From a virus, in the IMG/VR virus record IMGVR_UViG_3300045988_181101: 64,000 nucleotides of DNA; one strand, 5' to 3'. The position numbers and the translations under genes were made by a program. Within the stretch, counting starts at the first letter, position 1. Each line of letters starts with the position of its first letter. Shown here piece after piece: positions 8,137 to 16,561 of this stretch. The notes beneath the pieces were generated by a model that worked only from the letters and a program-made list of their open reading frames with translations, searched no databases and was not told where the DNA came from.

Positions 8137-8209
8137 ACTCTGCCGTTCTTGCTTTTCAATTTCGGCTAATTGTTTTTTTTAATTCTTCTTTCTTGTTCAT
8201 ATTTTCCTG

Positions 8210-8377
8210 TTACATGTTATTTAATTTTTCCTCAAACTCAGCAATGATACAATCCACATCATCGCCATGTACCCAATTCTCCAATACGGAAGAGAGAATT
8301 TCGATTGCCTTTCTAGATGTTTCGTCAACTGCCATATTGATCGCTTGATTCACTTCCTCTAACGTAAACATACTCAT
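8210..8377 (-). CDS. hypothetical small protein (55 aa)
   Basis: ATG at 8377, TAA at 8212-8210 (MSMFTLEEVNQAINMAVDETSRK...). Below the track cut-off. Fills an otherwise empty gap. Confidence 0.4.
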   Translation of the reverse strand: MSMFTLEEVNQAINMAVDETSRKAIEILSSVLENWVHGDDVDCIIAEFEEKLNNM

Positions 8378-8379
8378 AA

Positions 8380-8535
8380 TTATTCCTCCTTCTTTTTAAG
8401 GCTTATATCAATTGACAACCTATCGACAATTTCCTCTAAATTGTCCTTATCATCTAATTCAGATAATGCTTGTTTAAACTCTTTGAGTTTCTTAATGTCT
8501 TCAGTGTTTAATATAGGTTTCATAATCTTTATCAT
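8380..8535 (-). CDS. hypothetical small protein (51 aa)
   Basis: ATG at 8535 (MIKIMKPILNTED...). The track ORF 8380-8652 extends spuriously through promoter-repeat copy B. Confidence 0.45.
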   Translation of the reverse strand: MIKIMKPILNTEDIKKLKEFKQALSELDDKDNLEEIVDRLSIDISLKKKEE

Positions 8536-8603
8536 TTTTAGTTGTCCTTTTCTTTTGATATTGTAAAGATACGACTTATTTTGGAGATAACAAACGTTTA
8601 TCT
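8521..8603 (-). promoter_or_regulatory. family-1 promoter/operator repeat, copy B
   Basis: TTTG (8594-8591), 19 nt, TATCTTTA (8571-8564), conserved leader and the MIKIMK start. Confidence 0.6.
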
Positions 8604-8800
8604 TTAAAAATTCTTTTCTTTTCTGTATTAAAATCGTCTGTATGTCCAACAATCTTTTGTGATAAAATAGTTAATCCACTTTTATCTTTTCGAAATACAG
8701 TTTCTACAGTAACATCATCTTTATGTCCGAAATCAATAGATACGATTGCATCTCCGTATTTTTCAATGAAAACATCCTTATCGTTTTTCATCTTCTTCAT
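8576..8800 (-). CDS. hypothetical protein (74 aa)
   Basis: ATG ORF whose 3' end runs into repeat copy B. Confidence 0.45.
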   Translation of the reverse strand: MKKMKNDKDVFIEKYGDAIVSIDFGHKDDVTVETVFRKDKSGLTILSQKIVGHTDDFNTEKKRIFKDKRLLSPK

Positions 8801-8889
8801 TGTCTTTAATAAATTCTACCTCATTAAAACTAAGTTCTCTTACTTCTTCATTCTCTTCATCAATAATGATTCGAGAAAAGTCCTTTACT

Positions 8890-9411
8890 TCAATTATTTG
8901 ACCCGTTGCTTTGATTTTGATTTTTAACATAACATTCGATTTTTAAATTAGATTCTTTTCTTCTTCTAAGCATTGCGACACAACCTTTATAAGATCCATA
9001 ATGGATCATTTTGCCAGTATTGGTATCTATTACACAAAAAAGATTTTGATCTTTCTCTCCTATGATAATCATAGAGTCAAAATAGGTGTTTTCTTTCGTT
9101 ATACGATAGCGTAATTTAACTCTATCTCCTATATTAGGACAAGACTTTTTAGATCTAAAAAAATCTGTATTTAACGAGAAGAGTTGAGATCTATTAAGAT
9201 ACTTGAACTCAGGATTATCTTTAAGTTCTTGTGAGTCTATACGATATCTTGGAGGTAGATTTTCTTTTTGAAATTTACTAACCACAACTCCTTCCCAAAT
9301 GTGCCAGTCAATCTTTCGATTTTTCTTAATCACTTTTTGCATTTTAAGAACCGTTCTTCTTCGAAGTTCCTGTTTTAGTTCTTCGATAGTGTAATCACTT
9401 AACTCTTTCAT
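8890..9411 (-). CDS. hypothetical protein (173 aa)
   Basis: ATG ORF, minus-strand tiling. Confidence 0.55.
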   Translation of the reverse strand: MKELSDYTIEELKQELRRRTVLKMQKVIKKNRKIDWHIWEGVVVSKFQKENLPPRYRIDSQELKDNPEFKYLNRSQLFSLNTDFFRSKKSCPNIGDRVKLRYRITKENTYFDSMIIIGEKDQNLFCVIDTNTGKMIHYGSYKGCVAMLRRRKESNLKIECYVKNQNQSNGSNN

Positions 9412-9414
9412 AAC

Positions 9415-9615
9415 TTATTTGATTTTATATACTCCTCTTGAATAACGTTCAATTCTTCCTAAAGCAACTTGTTTAGACAAGAAATCGTCAACTATACTTC
9501 TTGACCATCTTGGATGGAGATTGAATTCATTTTCTATTTTACCAATCAATACTGTACGTCTTATTGTACTACCTTTTTCACTAAGAAATGATGATAGAAA
9601 TTCTTTTTTATTCAT
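9415..9615 (-). CDS. hypothetical protein (66 aa)
   Basis: The track start at 9645 is TTG. The first ATG is at 9615 (MNKKEFLSSF...), which removes the overlap with the upstream gene. Confidence 0.45.
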   Translation of the reverse strand: MNKKEFLSSFLSEKGSTIRRTVLIGKIENEFNLHPRWSRSIVDDFLSKQVALGRIERYSRGVYKIK

Positions 9616-9622
9616 ATTTATT

Positions 9623-9901
9623 CTAATTATCAAAATCTTCTTCAAATGACTTCATCTCTTTCTCAATAATCTTTTTGAATTGTTGAGCATCTTCAAATCT
9701 TTCTTGTTTGACTGCTAATTCTAAAGATCCATTTAGAAGAGCAATATATTTAAGACGTGTACGTCTATCAATTTCTGTAGTTGAAAACGCTATTTGACTG
9801 TTAAATAGTGCAATATCTTTGATAAAGAAATATATTTTAAACAATATAAAACAACTCACACCAATTAAAATAATAACGATTATTAATAATATGTTTACCA
9901 T
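9623..9901 (-). CDS. small membrane protein (92 aa, N-terminal TM helix)
   Basis: MVNILLIIVIILIGVSCFILFKIYFFI hydrophobic N-terminus; ATG start. Confidence 0.5.
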   Translation of the reverse strand: MVNILLIIVIILIGVSCFILFKIYFFIKDIALFNSQIAFSTTEIDRRTRLKYIALLNGSLELAVKQERFEDAQQFKKIIEKEMKSFEEDFDN

Positions 9902-10083
9902 TATATCTCTACTCTTATATAATTACTAAAATCACAATACAAATACTTACACCAACCTCCTAACTTGTATTTATCGTTTACATATCTACAACAAGAAGTC
10001 CATTTATCTTTACGAATGATTTCATATACAATATTTTTATGAATAAAAATGTCTCCTTCTTTCAATTTAAATATCTCAATCAT
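9901..10083 (-). CDS. hypothetical small protein (60 aa)
   Basis: ATG ORF with 1-nt / 4-nt overlaps with neighbours. Confidence 0.4.
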   Translation of the reverse strand: MIEIFKLKEGDIFIHKNIVYEIIRKDKWTSCCRYVNDKYKLGGWCKYLYCDFSNYIRVEI

Positions 10084-10265
10084 CTAAATGTATAATTAAT
10101 CAAATCGCTTATCCAAGTTAGAAATTGAATTGCCATAAAAAATATTACTACACTAAGAATAGCAATTATACTGTACCAAAACTTAACCCAAATCTCTCTA
10201 TATTTTGCTTTCAAGACTTTCTTACCAAAACGTCCATGAATAAAGTTTTCAATTTTCGTCATCAT
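10080..10265 (-). CDS. small membrane protein (61 aa)
   Basis: The track start at 10352 is TTG. ATGATG at 10265-10260 lies just after the upstream stop (10270). C-terminal TM segment WYSIIAILSVVIFFMAIQFL. Confidence 0.4.
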   Translation of the reverse strand: MMTKIENFIHGRFGKKVLKAKYREIWVKFWYSIIAILSVVIFFMAIQFLTWISDLINYTFR

Positions 10266-10269
10266 AGCA

Positions 10270-10836
10270 TTATTTTCTTTTGCGTTGATCATTAATTTTA
10301 TTTTCTCCCCAAAGTTTCCATACTCTATGTACATTAGTATAAGAACAACCAATGATCTTACTAATCTTATAATGTGACCAAGTAGGATGATCTTTCATCA
10401 TTTGAAGAATATTTCTTGATTGTTCACCTTTAGGTGCATCAATAGTAGTTTTATAGACTGTCTTATTCTTTTTCTTAGATGAAAGTTTTACAAGTGAAAT
10501 AATGTTTAAGAATCGATCTACACTTGCAACAATAAATCCAAATTCATTAGCATTTATTGATTTAAATGCTTTGTCTAAAGCTTCTTTATCTTTGTAATGC
10601 AATTCGAATTCACCATTATTCTTCTGTAGAATAGAAGTAGGATTTTCATTGAGAAACGATTCAAGAGCTTCTTTATTAGTAGAAAGATTCTTCAGGTCTT
10701 CAAGATCCTTTCTCTCACACTCTTTTTCTTCAACGAGCTTTATAAGCTCATCTTTCTTGTATTGCTTAACATTCTTAATGCCAAGTTCACTTGCTCTCTT
10801 TCTTAAAACTTCTACTGTTACATTCATCTTTTCCAT
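10270..10836 (-). CDS. Rho_N/SAP-like + C-terminal HTH protein (paralog of 44649-45185)
   Basis: N-terminus LRKRASELGIKNVKQYKKDELIKLVEE (Rho N-terminal/SAP pattern). C-terminus SHYKISKIIGCSYTNVHRVWKLW is HTH-like. Confidence 0.55.
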   Translation of the reverse strand: MEKMNVTVEVLRKRASELGIKNVKQYKKDELIKLVEEKECERKDLEDLKNLSTNKEALESFLNENPTSILQKNNGEFELHYKDKEALDKAFKSINANEFGFIVASVDRFLNIISLVKLSSKKKNKTVYKTTIDAPKGEQSRNILQMMKDHPTWSHYKISKIIGCSYTNVHRVWKLWGENKINDQRKRK

Positions 10837-10926
10837 AATTAGTTCGTTTTTAATTATTTTTCTTTCAATGCTTAAAGATACTATTTTGTTATGTCCTATG
10901 CAACACTTTTCGAAGAATAATCTTAA

Positions 10927-11244
10927 TTATTTATTAGGTGTTGCAGTACAATTACCACAACCAACTATTTCACTATAGTCTCCTTTGATAACACGTATCA
11001 TAGCTTCGAAAATATAACGTACTTCGTTATAATCAGAAAAACCAAATTGAATGTATTTACAACGAAATATTTTAGCTTTCGTATTCTTTATATAGCCCAA
11101 ATAATAACCATTTAAATTACCCATATTTGAAGCTCTATCTATAATAACTTCGAAATTATTACCTTCGTGTTCTACAATAGCATACCAAGAATCATTTTCA
11201 TACTTAGTTCTTGCTTTTTCAAATCTATGACTTATTATTTTCAT
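10927..11244 (-). CDS. hypothetical protein (105 aa)
   Basis: ATG ORF. Confidence 0.5.
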   Translation of the reverse strand: MKIISHRFEKARTKYENDSWYAIVEHEGNNFEVIIDRASNMGNLNGYYLGYIKNTKAKIFRCKYIQFGFSDYNEVRYIFEAMIRVIKGDYSEIVGCGNCTATPNK

Positions 11245-11249
11245 AACTG

Positions 11250-11570
11250 TTATTTTGTAAGATACTTCATATCTTTATCATTATGGTACCAATCTGTTTC
11301 TATAGGATACTTAGGATCAAACCTATATACTAAAGTTAAATTAGTTCCTTTGTTACTAAGAGGACTTTCAGAAGTTGATTTTGTAATATTGTCAACTTCT
11401 ACAGAATGAAGATTGATATTGCGTCCATATAATTCAAGTTTAGAAACTAAATTAATGATATCTTCAATCTTGCGACATGTATATTCACAGACTCTTATCC
11501 CATCTTGAAATTTTGTAATTTGAGAGATTTTCTTTTCTGCATCAAATAACTTTTTTGACATAGTTTTCAT
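11250..11570 (-). CDS. hypothetical protein (106 aa)
   Basis: ATG ORF. Confidence 0.5.
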   Translation of the reverse strand: MKTMSKKLFDAEKKISQITKFQDGIRVCEYTCRKIEDIINLVSKLELYGRNINLHSVEVDNITKSTSESPLSNKGTNLTLVYRFDPKYPIETDWYHNDKDMKYLTK

Positions 11571-11596
11571 TCGTTTATTAATAGATGAATAATATT

Positions 11597-11869
11597 TTAA
11601 ATAGCTAATTTAGTCTTTGCTTTCAAATCATATTTATCCCAGATTTCCTCAGCGTGAGATTTAACACAATCTACAACAGTTCTATGGTCTGTTAAATTCA
11701 TATTAAGGACTTTATTACCTTCCTCACAATACAATATTAAAGTAGTACCATTAATAGTACCAATTTGTTCTCCTTGAAAATAGATTGCTGAAATAACTCC
11801 ACTTCCTGCAACTCGTTCAAGTCTACGAGGTTTATAGACTATTTTAGATGTGAATTTAATCTTTTTCAT
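11597..11869 (-). CDS. hypothetical protein (90 aa)
   Basis: ATG ORF. Confidence 0.5.
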   Translation of the reverse strand: MKKIKFTSKIVYKPRRLERVAGSGVISAIYFQGEQIGTINGTTLILYCEEGNKVLNMNLTDHRTVVDCVKSHAEEIWDKYDLKAKTKLAI

Positions 11870-12111
11870 AGCTTCTCAAGTATATTAAGAATTTCTTTTT
11901 GTTTGGTCTTACTAAGTTTACTCCAACTCAAATCTACTTTGAAATTATCTGAAACTAACGATACCGTAGCAGGACCATTTTTTATAGGATTGTAGAGTAT
12001 CTTATCTGCCTCGAGTGTATTAGTAGGAAGGTTAATAAGACCAACAGCAATACCTTTTCTCATTCTCTTTTCTACTTCGATTAGAATTGGTGTAATTTCT
12101 TTTGATGTCAT
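11866..12111 (-). CDS. hypothetical protein (81 aa)
   Basis: ATG ORF with a 4-nt overlap with the downstream gene. Confidence 0.5.
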   Translation of the reverse strand: MTSKEITPILIEVEKRMRKGIAVGLINLPTNTLEADKILYNPIKNGPATVSLVSDNFKVDLSWSKLSKTKQKEILNILEKL

Positions 12112-12132
12112 AATTCTATCATCTTTTTATAA

Positions 12133-12372
12133 TTAAAATTCTACAAAGATCAGTCTTTTCTTCCTACCTGCCTCGCACACCCACATGTGATTTGAGCCAA
12201 AACCGTAATCGAAATAAGTATTGAAATCAGGATATTTTTCCTGTATATTCTTCATATTTCTACGAAGTTCAATTTCATCAGTGCTTCTCATAATTACATT
12301 AAGAATTACAACATAAGTTATAGTAGCAAGATTGTCCATGTTTAAAAATTCTGATTCGACTATTGTTTTCAT
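12133..12372 (-). CDS. hypothetical protein (79 aa)
   Basis: ATG ORF preceded by a -7 box (TATCTTTA, 12419-12412). Confidence 0.5.
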   Translation of the reverse strand: MKTIVESEFLNMDNLATITYVVILNVIMRSTDEIELRRNMKNIQEKYPDFNTYFDYGFGSNHMWVCEAGRKKRLIFVEF

Positions 12373-12488
12373 ATCTTTATTGTTTTAGTTATCGTTCCTT
12401 TTTCTTATGCCTAAAGATACGCCTTCTTTATGGACCACGCAACAGATACCATGTTTTTATCTCCATTATTAAGACTTATTAATAAAAT

Positions 12489-12537
12489 AGCCAGCAAACT
12501 CAGTCCTTATGCTAAAAAGACTGTAAGTTTGCTGGCT
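12489..12537 (-). terminator. long interrupted hairpin, terminator candidate
   Basis: AGCCAGCAAACT (12489-12500) pairs with AGTTTGCTGGCT (12526-12537). An inner CAGTC/GACTG pair adds 5 bp. A U-rich run follows on the minus strand. Lies between gene ends and starts. Confidence 0.5.
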
Positions 12538-12612
12538 CAGCATGAAAGAAAACTAAAACAATAAATCGAACAATTAAAGAACGCCCTTTCTTAAAGATTA
12601 GAGAACGATTCG

Positions 12613-12855
12613 TTACTCAATACATTCTTCCACTGGAACATTATTGATAGACTTCATTGTCCATTTACCATCTTGAACAATCCATTCTGTAGAGGTGATC
12701 TTTCGACCTGCAACGAGTTCTTCATCTAATCCTCTTTTTAACCATGTATGAGATTCAACTCTTGTTGTCCATTTTATACCATCAGTAAAAAGTTCGACAC
12801 GTGGAAGTTGCATTTCATTGACTCTTTTAAACTCTTCAAACGCTTTATTTGTCAT
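12613..12855 (-). CDS. hypothetical protein (80 aa)
   Basis: First ATG at 12855 (MTNKAFEEFKRV...). The track start at 12924 overlaps the next ORF. Confidence 0.45.
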   Translation of the reverse strand: MTNKAFEEFKRVNEMQLPRVELFTDGIKWTTRVESHTWLKRGLDEELVAGRKITSTEWIVQDGKWTMKSINNVPVEECIE

Positions 12856-13024
12856 TTTCCTTATAATTAAAAAATTTATCACATGGACAATAATCTTCAT
12901 CTTCTCTAAATGGACAACTATCACATGAAGGACAATCGTCTATTGAATTTGCCTTGAATACAGAGAAGATGATTGTCATATATAATACTATTATTATTAG
13001 ACCTACAATTATAATTGCTACCAT
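12845..13024 (-). CDS. small membrane protein with Cys-rich tail (59 aa)
   Basis: ATG at 13024: MVAIIIVGLIIIVLYMTIIFSVFKANSIDDCPSCDSCPFREDEDYCPCDK... Its stop overlaps the ATG of the next gene. Below the track cut-off. Confidence 0.35.
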   Translation of the reverse strand: MVAIIIVGLIIIVLYMTIIFSVFKANSIDDCPSCDSCPFREDEDYCPCDKFFNYKENDK

Positions 13025-13122
13025 AATATACTTTTTATTAAATTAAAAATAGGAACAATATTATCTTCACAGACACTTGTTCCTTTCAACTACTTAATGT
13101 ATGAATGTTAAACAAGTCTTTG

Positions 13123-13198
13123 TACTCGAAGCGGGACTTGAACCCGCACAGCCGCAATGGCCAAAGGATTTTAAGTCCTTCGTGTCTACCATTCGAGC
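13123..13198 (-). tRNA. tRNA-Leu(UAA)-like, type II variable arm but abnormally short D region
   Basis: Minus strand: GCTCGAA-TGGTAGACACG-AAGGA-CTTAAAA-TCCTT-TGGCCATTGCGGCTGT-GCGGG-TTCAAGT-CCCGC-TTCGAGT-A. The acceptor, anticodon and T arms pair. Only 11 nt lie between the acceptor and anticodon stems. Confidence 0.55.
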
Positions 13199-13203
13199 AT
13201 TTG

Positions 13204-13274
13204 TTGGACTAAGAGGATTCGAACCTCTACAAACAGAACCAAAACCTGTTGTGCTACCATTACACCATAATCCA
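13204..13274 (-). tRNA. tRNA-Gln(UUG)
   Basis: Minus strand: TGGATTA-TG-GTGT-AATGGTA-GCAC-A-ACAGG-TTTTGGT-TCTGT-TTGT-AGAGG-TTCGAAT-CCTCT-TAGTCCA-A. Full cloverleaf with U1:A72, as in bacterial tRNA-Gln. No encoded CCA. Confidence 0.85.
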
Positions 13275-13568
13275 ATAATTCATAGACCTTCAAAAGCGAC
13301 CTCCACTTATATTTCAATTCTTACTCTCGGTCAATTCCACGAATCAAGAATAGAAGGTCAATGAATATTTAAGAGAGAACATGATCAAATGCATAAAGTA
13401 TAACAAATAAAAGACGAACCTTTCACGTCACGACTACAAATGTAGAAGGGCTTTTGGTAAATAATCAAAATAATAATCAATGTCCTCTTTTTTGTCAACT
13501 ACCTTAGACTTGGCTACGTTTATAAAGGTATACGGCTCCTCTTTAAATAGAGAATAAAGAATAGGTTT

Positions 13569-13706
13569 TTATTTCTTTTTCAATATAGATAATCTTTCTA
13601 ATAGAGAAGTCTTGAATCGACCTTCGTTTTCATGATTACACACATTTAAACATTGTGAATAAACTCTCTTCAAATACTTTCTTTTCTGTCTTTCTACGTT
13701 CGTCAT
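13569..13706 (-). CDS. hypothetical basic small protein (45 aa)
   Basis: ATG at 13706 (MTNVERQKRKYLKRVYSQC...). A -7 box TATCTTTA (13751-13744) lies 37 nt upstream. Confidence 0.3.
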   Translation of the reverse strand: MTNVERQKRKYLKRVYSQCLNVCNHENEGRFKTSLLERLSILKKK

Positions 13707-13731
13707 TTTTAAATTCTCCTTTCTGTTGTTA

Positions 13732-14304
13732 TTAATTATTGTCTAAAGATACTAACTTATCTATCGTTTCAGCAAGTTGTTCTATCACATCACTATTTAA
13801 ATTTGAGTCGCTCAACGACTTTAATATTAATGCTTCTTTCATTCCCTTGTAGGCGATGTAGCATTTACTTTCGTTTATAATAGGAGTAGGATTGTTGGTT
13901 AATCTTTCTATCTCTCGTTCAAGCTCGTTAAGTTTCTCAGCCTGTTTGTCGATTACATAATTAAGTTCATCAATCTTCTTGTCCTTTGCGCTTAATTCTA
14001 TGATAAGTCTATTACATTCATTTTCATCTTCTTTCTCTTCAATAGGTTTACTCACTTGCATCTTATTAGCATTCATTTCTTTAAATTCTTGTAGTATCTT
14101 TTCTTTTTCTTCGTTTGATACTCGACCTTTACCTTTATTCCTTTCAATTAGTGAACAATTAGTTAACTTCACTTGAACCTTCTTATCCTCTAAAGTGTTA
14201 ATTAGTGCATTACCGTCTTTAAATGATATTACTGTTCCACCATTTAAGTTTCCTTCATGATCCTTGTATTTAACAAGACTTCCTACTTTAATACTTTGTG
14301 CCAT
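13732..14304 (-). CDS. hypothetical protein (190 aa): small beta-barrel-like N-terminus + coiled coil
   Basis: ATG ORF overlapping the sigma-factor stop by 17 nt. Central heptad-rich region (KKIDELNYVIDKQAEKLNELEREIERL). Confidence 0.55.
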   Translation of the reverse strand: MAQSIKVGSLVKYKDHEGNLNGGTVISFKDGNALINTLEDKKVQVKLTNCSLIERNKGKGRVSNEEKEKILQEFKEMNANKMQVSKPIEEKEDENECNRLIIELSAKDKKIDELNYVIDKQAEKLNELEREIERLTNNPTPIINESKCYIAYKGMKEALILKSLSDSNLNSDVIEQLAETIDKLVSLDNN

Positions 14305-14791
14305 ACTCTTTTATAATTTTCTTTCTTATGTGATGTATTTTACTCTTTACTGTTCCTAAAGATATTTCAAGTATCTGTGCTATCTCTTCGTAGAGGTATC
14401 CATTATAATAACCTAAGAAACACCTCTTGTCTACAATTGGTACATTAATACTATCTATTATCTTTATTAGGTCTTCATATTCTCCTGTCCAAAACCTCTC
14501 TTTACTTTCACATCTATCCTTGATGAACTCTTTATCTTCTTCATCGTACTTTTGGTCCTGTCTATTTGATTCCTGTCTATACTTATTGAGGAACAAATTT
14601 CGTATAATAGTCGCAATCCATTTTTCACAATCTTTCTCGTTACCACTAAACTGATTGTATTTGCTCAACGCATTTAGAACAGCTTCTTGTGCGATATCTT
14701 GTGCTTCTTCTATATTACAAGTCAACTTTAGTGCATAACAATAGAAGAACTTGTACTTCTTTTGGACTACTTCTTGTATTATTTCTTTCAT
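14288..14791 (-). CDS. sigma-70 family (ECF-like) RNA polymerase sigma factor
   Basis: Region-2-like AQDIAQEAVLNALSKYNQF...W...IIRNLFLNKYR. Region-4 HTH YLYEEIAQILEISLGTVKSKIHHIRKKI. Confidence 0.75.
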   Translation of the reverse strand: MKEIIQEVVQKKYKFFYCYALKLTCNIEEAQDIAQEAVLNALSKYNQFSGNEKDCEKWIATIIRNLFLNKYRQESNRQDQKYDEEDKEFIKDRCESKERFWTGEYEDLIKIIDSINVPIVDKRCFLGYYNGYLYEEIAQILEISLGTVKSKIHHIRKKIIKEYGTKY

Positions 14792-14979
14792 TCCATTGAA
14801 TTAAGCATTTTCTGATATCTTTCTATTCTATTAGAACATATTCTAATATTATGTTCTATTAAAAATATAGGTCCTTCAAAACTCAACCATTGGTCTATTT
14901 GTTTTCTTGTTTTGTCTATAAGAGACATTAACTCTTCTTTTGTCATCGTTTCCATAATTTGTAGTCTTTTTTCTTTCAT
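14788..14979 (-). CDS. hypothetical protein (63 aa)
   Basis: ATG ORF with a 4-nt overlap with the sigma gene. Preceded by a variant -7 box (GTAGACCTTTAGG). Confidence 0.45.
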   Translation of the reverse strand: MKEKRLQIMETMTKEELMSLIDKTRKQIDQWLSFEGPIFLIEHNIRICSNRIERYQKMLNSME

Positions 14980-15239
14980 GTCCTAAAGGTCTACTTTATT
15001 ATTCAATTAGACAACATCTTGACCACAATTATTGTCCTTTTTGGTACACTTTATTTTCCATTTTTCTTGATACATTTATAAGATCAATTAAAGGTCGATA
15101 CATGCGTTATATATAATTTTCGCTGCACTAAAACACAAGTTTTGTTGTCCATTTTAATATTGACATTTTTCTTTATTTTAAGATTGGAGATTGACAATCA
15201 TCACGACTCCCAATCTCCCATGTTAGCGCATATATGACA

Positions 15240-16337
15240 TTAATTTCTCAGTGCTTTTAGTCTTTGTAAGACTTTATTTTTCATATCTTGTTCTTCTATT
15301 ACTACAGCGTCTTCAATGTCTGAACTCATTTCATTTAGGAATTTCTTATTCTCTTCTTTTATTTCTTCCCAGTTATATTGTTTGATTAGGTCACCAGGTA
15401 GCATTATCTTTTCACTTCCTAATATATTCTTATTGAAGCCGTTAAAGTCTTTATACCAAGATTTTGCAAGTTGATTTATCATTATATCAGGTTTAATTCC
15501 TGCTTTTGCAGACACGAGTCCAATTACTATACTATTGATAGGTAAATCACGCATTACTCTACTTATGTTTTCTCCTCCATGAATAGTTGCATTGATATCT
15601 ATTTTTCCATCTACAGTAAGTTTTAACTCATTGCCTTTCACTTCTTTACGTGCTTGTTCAAGAAGACTTCTTACTTCTCGAGACATTGTCAATGCTTTTG
15701 TTTCAAGTCCTCTACTTATGTAGTCTTCGTACTTTAGTAGAAGGTCTGTAAGCATATCGTTTATAATCTCAAGTCGTCCTGCTTCTGTCGATACTCTATA
15801 TTTGTCTGATTTTAAGGCGAATTTAGCTTGTCTCTGTTCTATTAATGTCTTGTTTTCATTATAGAATTTTGCAAGATCTGCATCATCTAAATCGTATCCT
15901 TCACGTTGTTTTATTGTCTTTTTTACGTCCTTTACCGAATACATAGATCCAAAAAGGTCGAGTAACATTGGTGTAAGTTTAGCAAGTGCTTTTGATTTAT
16001 TATTGTATAAATCAAACGTATTCAGGTATTTATTACGTGCTCTATTGTATTCACCAAGTAGAGGCATGAGTACTTTTGCTCTAATTTCTTGTGCATCTTT
16101 AATTGAATCTTCTGATGCTCCTCTATTCTTCATTACTCCTTTGGCATTCACGTATTTAAGATCGATTGAATGTAGTACACCATTTCTTCCTTCATACGTT
16201 AGAAATCTATCAGGACATTCATCAATCTTTCTTCGTGCCCTTTCATATTCTATATATATGTCTTGCATATATTTTGATGCTATTTGAACAAAGTCAGGAG
16301 CGTCTTTTAATATATCTTCTCTTGTTACGTTACTCAT
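15240..16337 (-). CDS. hypothetical protein (365 aa)
   Basis: ATG ORF. A canonical TAATTTTG -7 box (16371-16364) lies 27 nt upstream of the ATG. Confidence 0.6.
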   Translation of the reverse strand: MSNVTREDILKDAPDFVQIASKYMQDIYIEYERARRKIDECPDRFLTYEGRNGVLHSIDLKYVNAKGVMKNRGASEDSIKDAQEIRAKVLMPLLGEYNRARNKYLNTFDLYNNKSKALAKLTPMLLDLFGSMYSVKDVKKTIKQREGYDLDDADLAKFYNENKTLIEQRQAKFALKSDKYRVSTEAGRLEIINDMLTDLLLKYEDYISRGLETKALTMSREVRSLLEQARKEVKGNELKLTVDGKIDINATIHGGENISRVMRDLPINSIVIGLVSAKAGIKPDIMINQLAKSWYKDFNGFNKNILGSEKIMLPGDLIKQYNWEEIKEENKKFLNEMSSDIEDAVVIEEQDMKNKVLQRLKALRN

Positions 16338-16407
16338 ATTGGGACTAATTTTTAATTTATGCGCAAAATTACAGTAAAAAGTTCAATCACGCAATGAGAT
16401 ACTTATT

Positions 16408-16548
16408 TTAGTACCAAATATCACTTAAAATAGGAGTTTCTTCATCTTCAAGTAGACCTAATTCTTGTTGAAGTTTAACTGTATTTAGATTTATACTGAC
16501 ATCAATAATATCAATACCAAAATTTTCAATTAATTCTATATCGTTCAT
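16408..16548 (-). CDS. hypothetical acidic small protein (46 aa)
   Basis: ATG at 16548, TAA at 16410-16408 (MNDIELIENFGIDIIDVS...). Fills an intergenic gap. Confidence 0.3.
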   Translation of the reverse strand: MNDIELIENFGIDIIDVSINLNTVKLQQELGLLEDEETPILSDIWY

Positions 16549-16561
16549 ATCATTTCATTTG

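Noticed and set aside
8536-8652. N-terminal extensions of track ORFs (8380-8652, 12613-12924, 17374-17577, 26478-26969, 9415-9645, 10080-10352, 24640-25014, 26992-28686, 30777-31118, 49713-50198)
   Set aside because: The track starts are TTG or other non-ATG codons lying inside promoter repeats or inside the upstream gene. I trimmed each to the first ATG, which restores tight non-overlapping tiling.
13101-13364. 87-aa plus-strand ORF from the track
   Set aside because: It is the antisense of two tRNA genes (13123-13198 and 13204-13274). Its open frame is an artefact of GC-rich tRNA sequence.
15186-15218. Hairpin GGAGATTG/CAATCTCC downstream of 15240-16337 as a terminator
   Set aside because: It has only an 8-bp stem with a 17-nt loop and no following U-tract on the minus strand. 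That is too weak to call. The same applies to GGAGGAA/TTCCTCC at 28689-28720.
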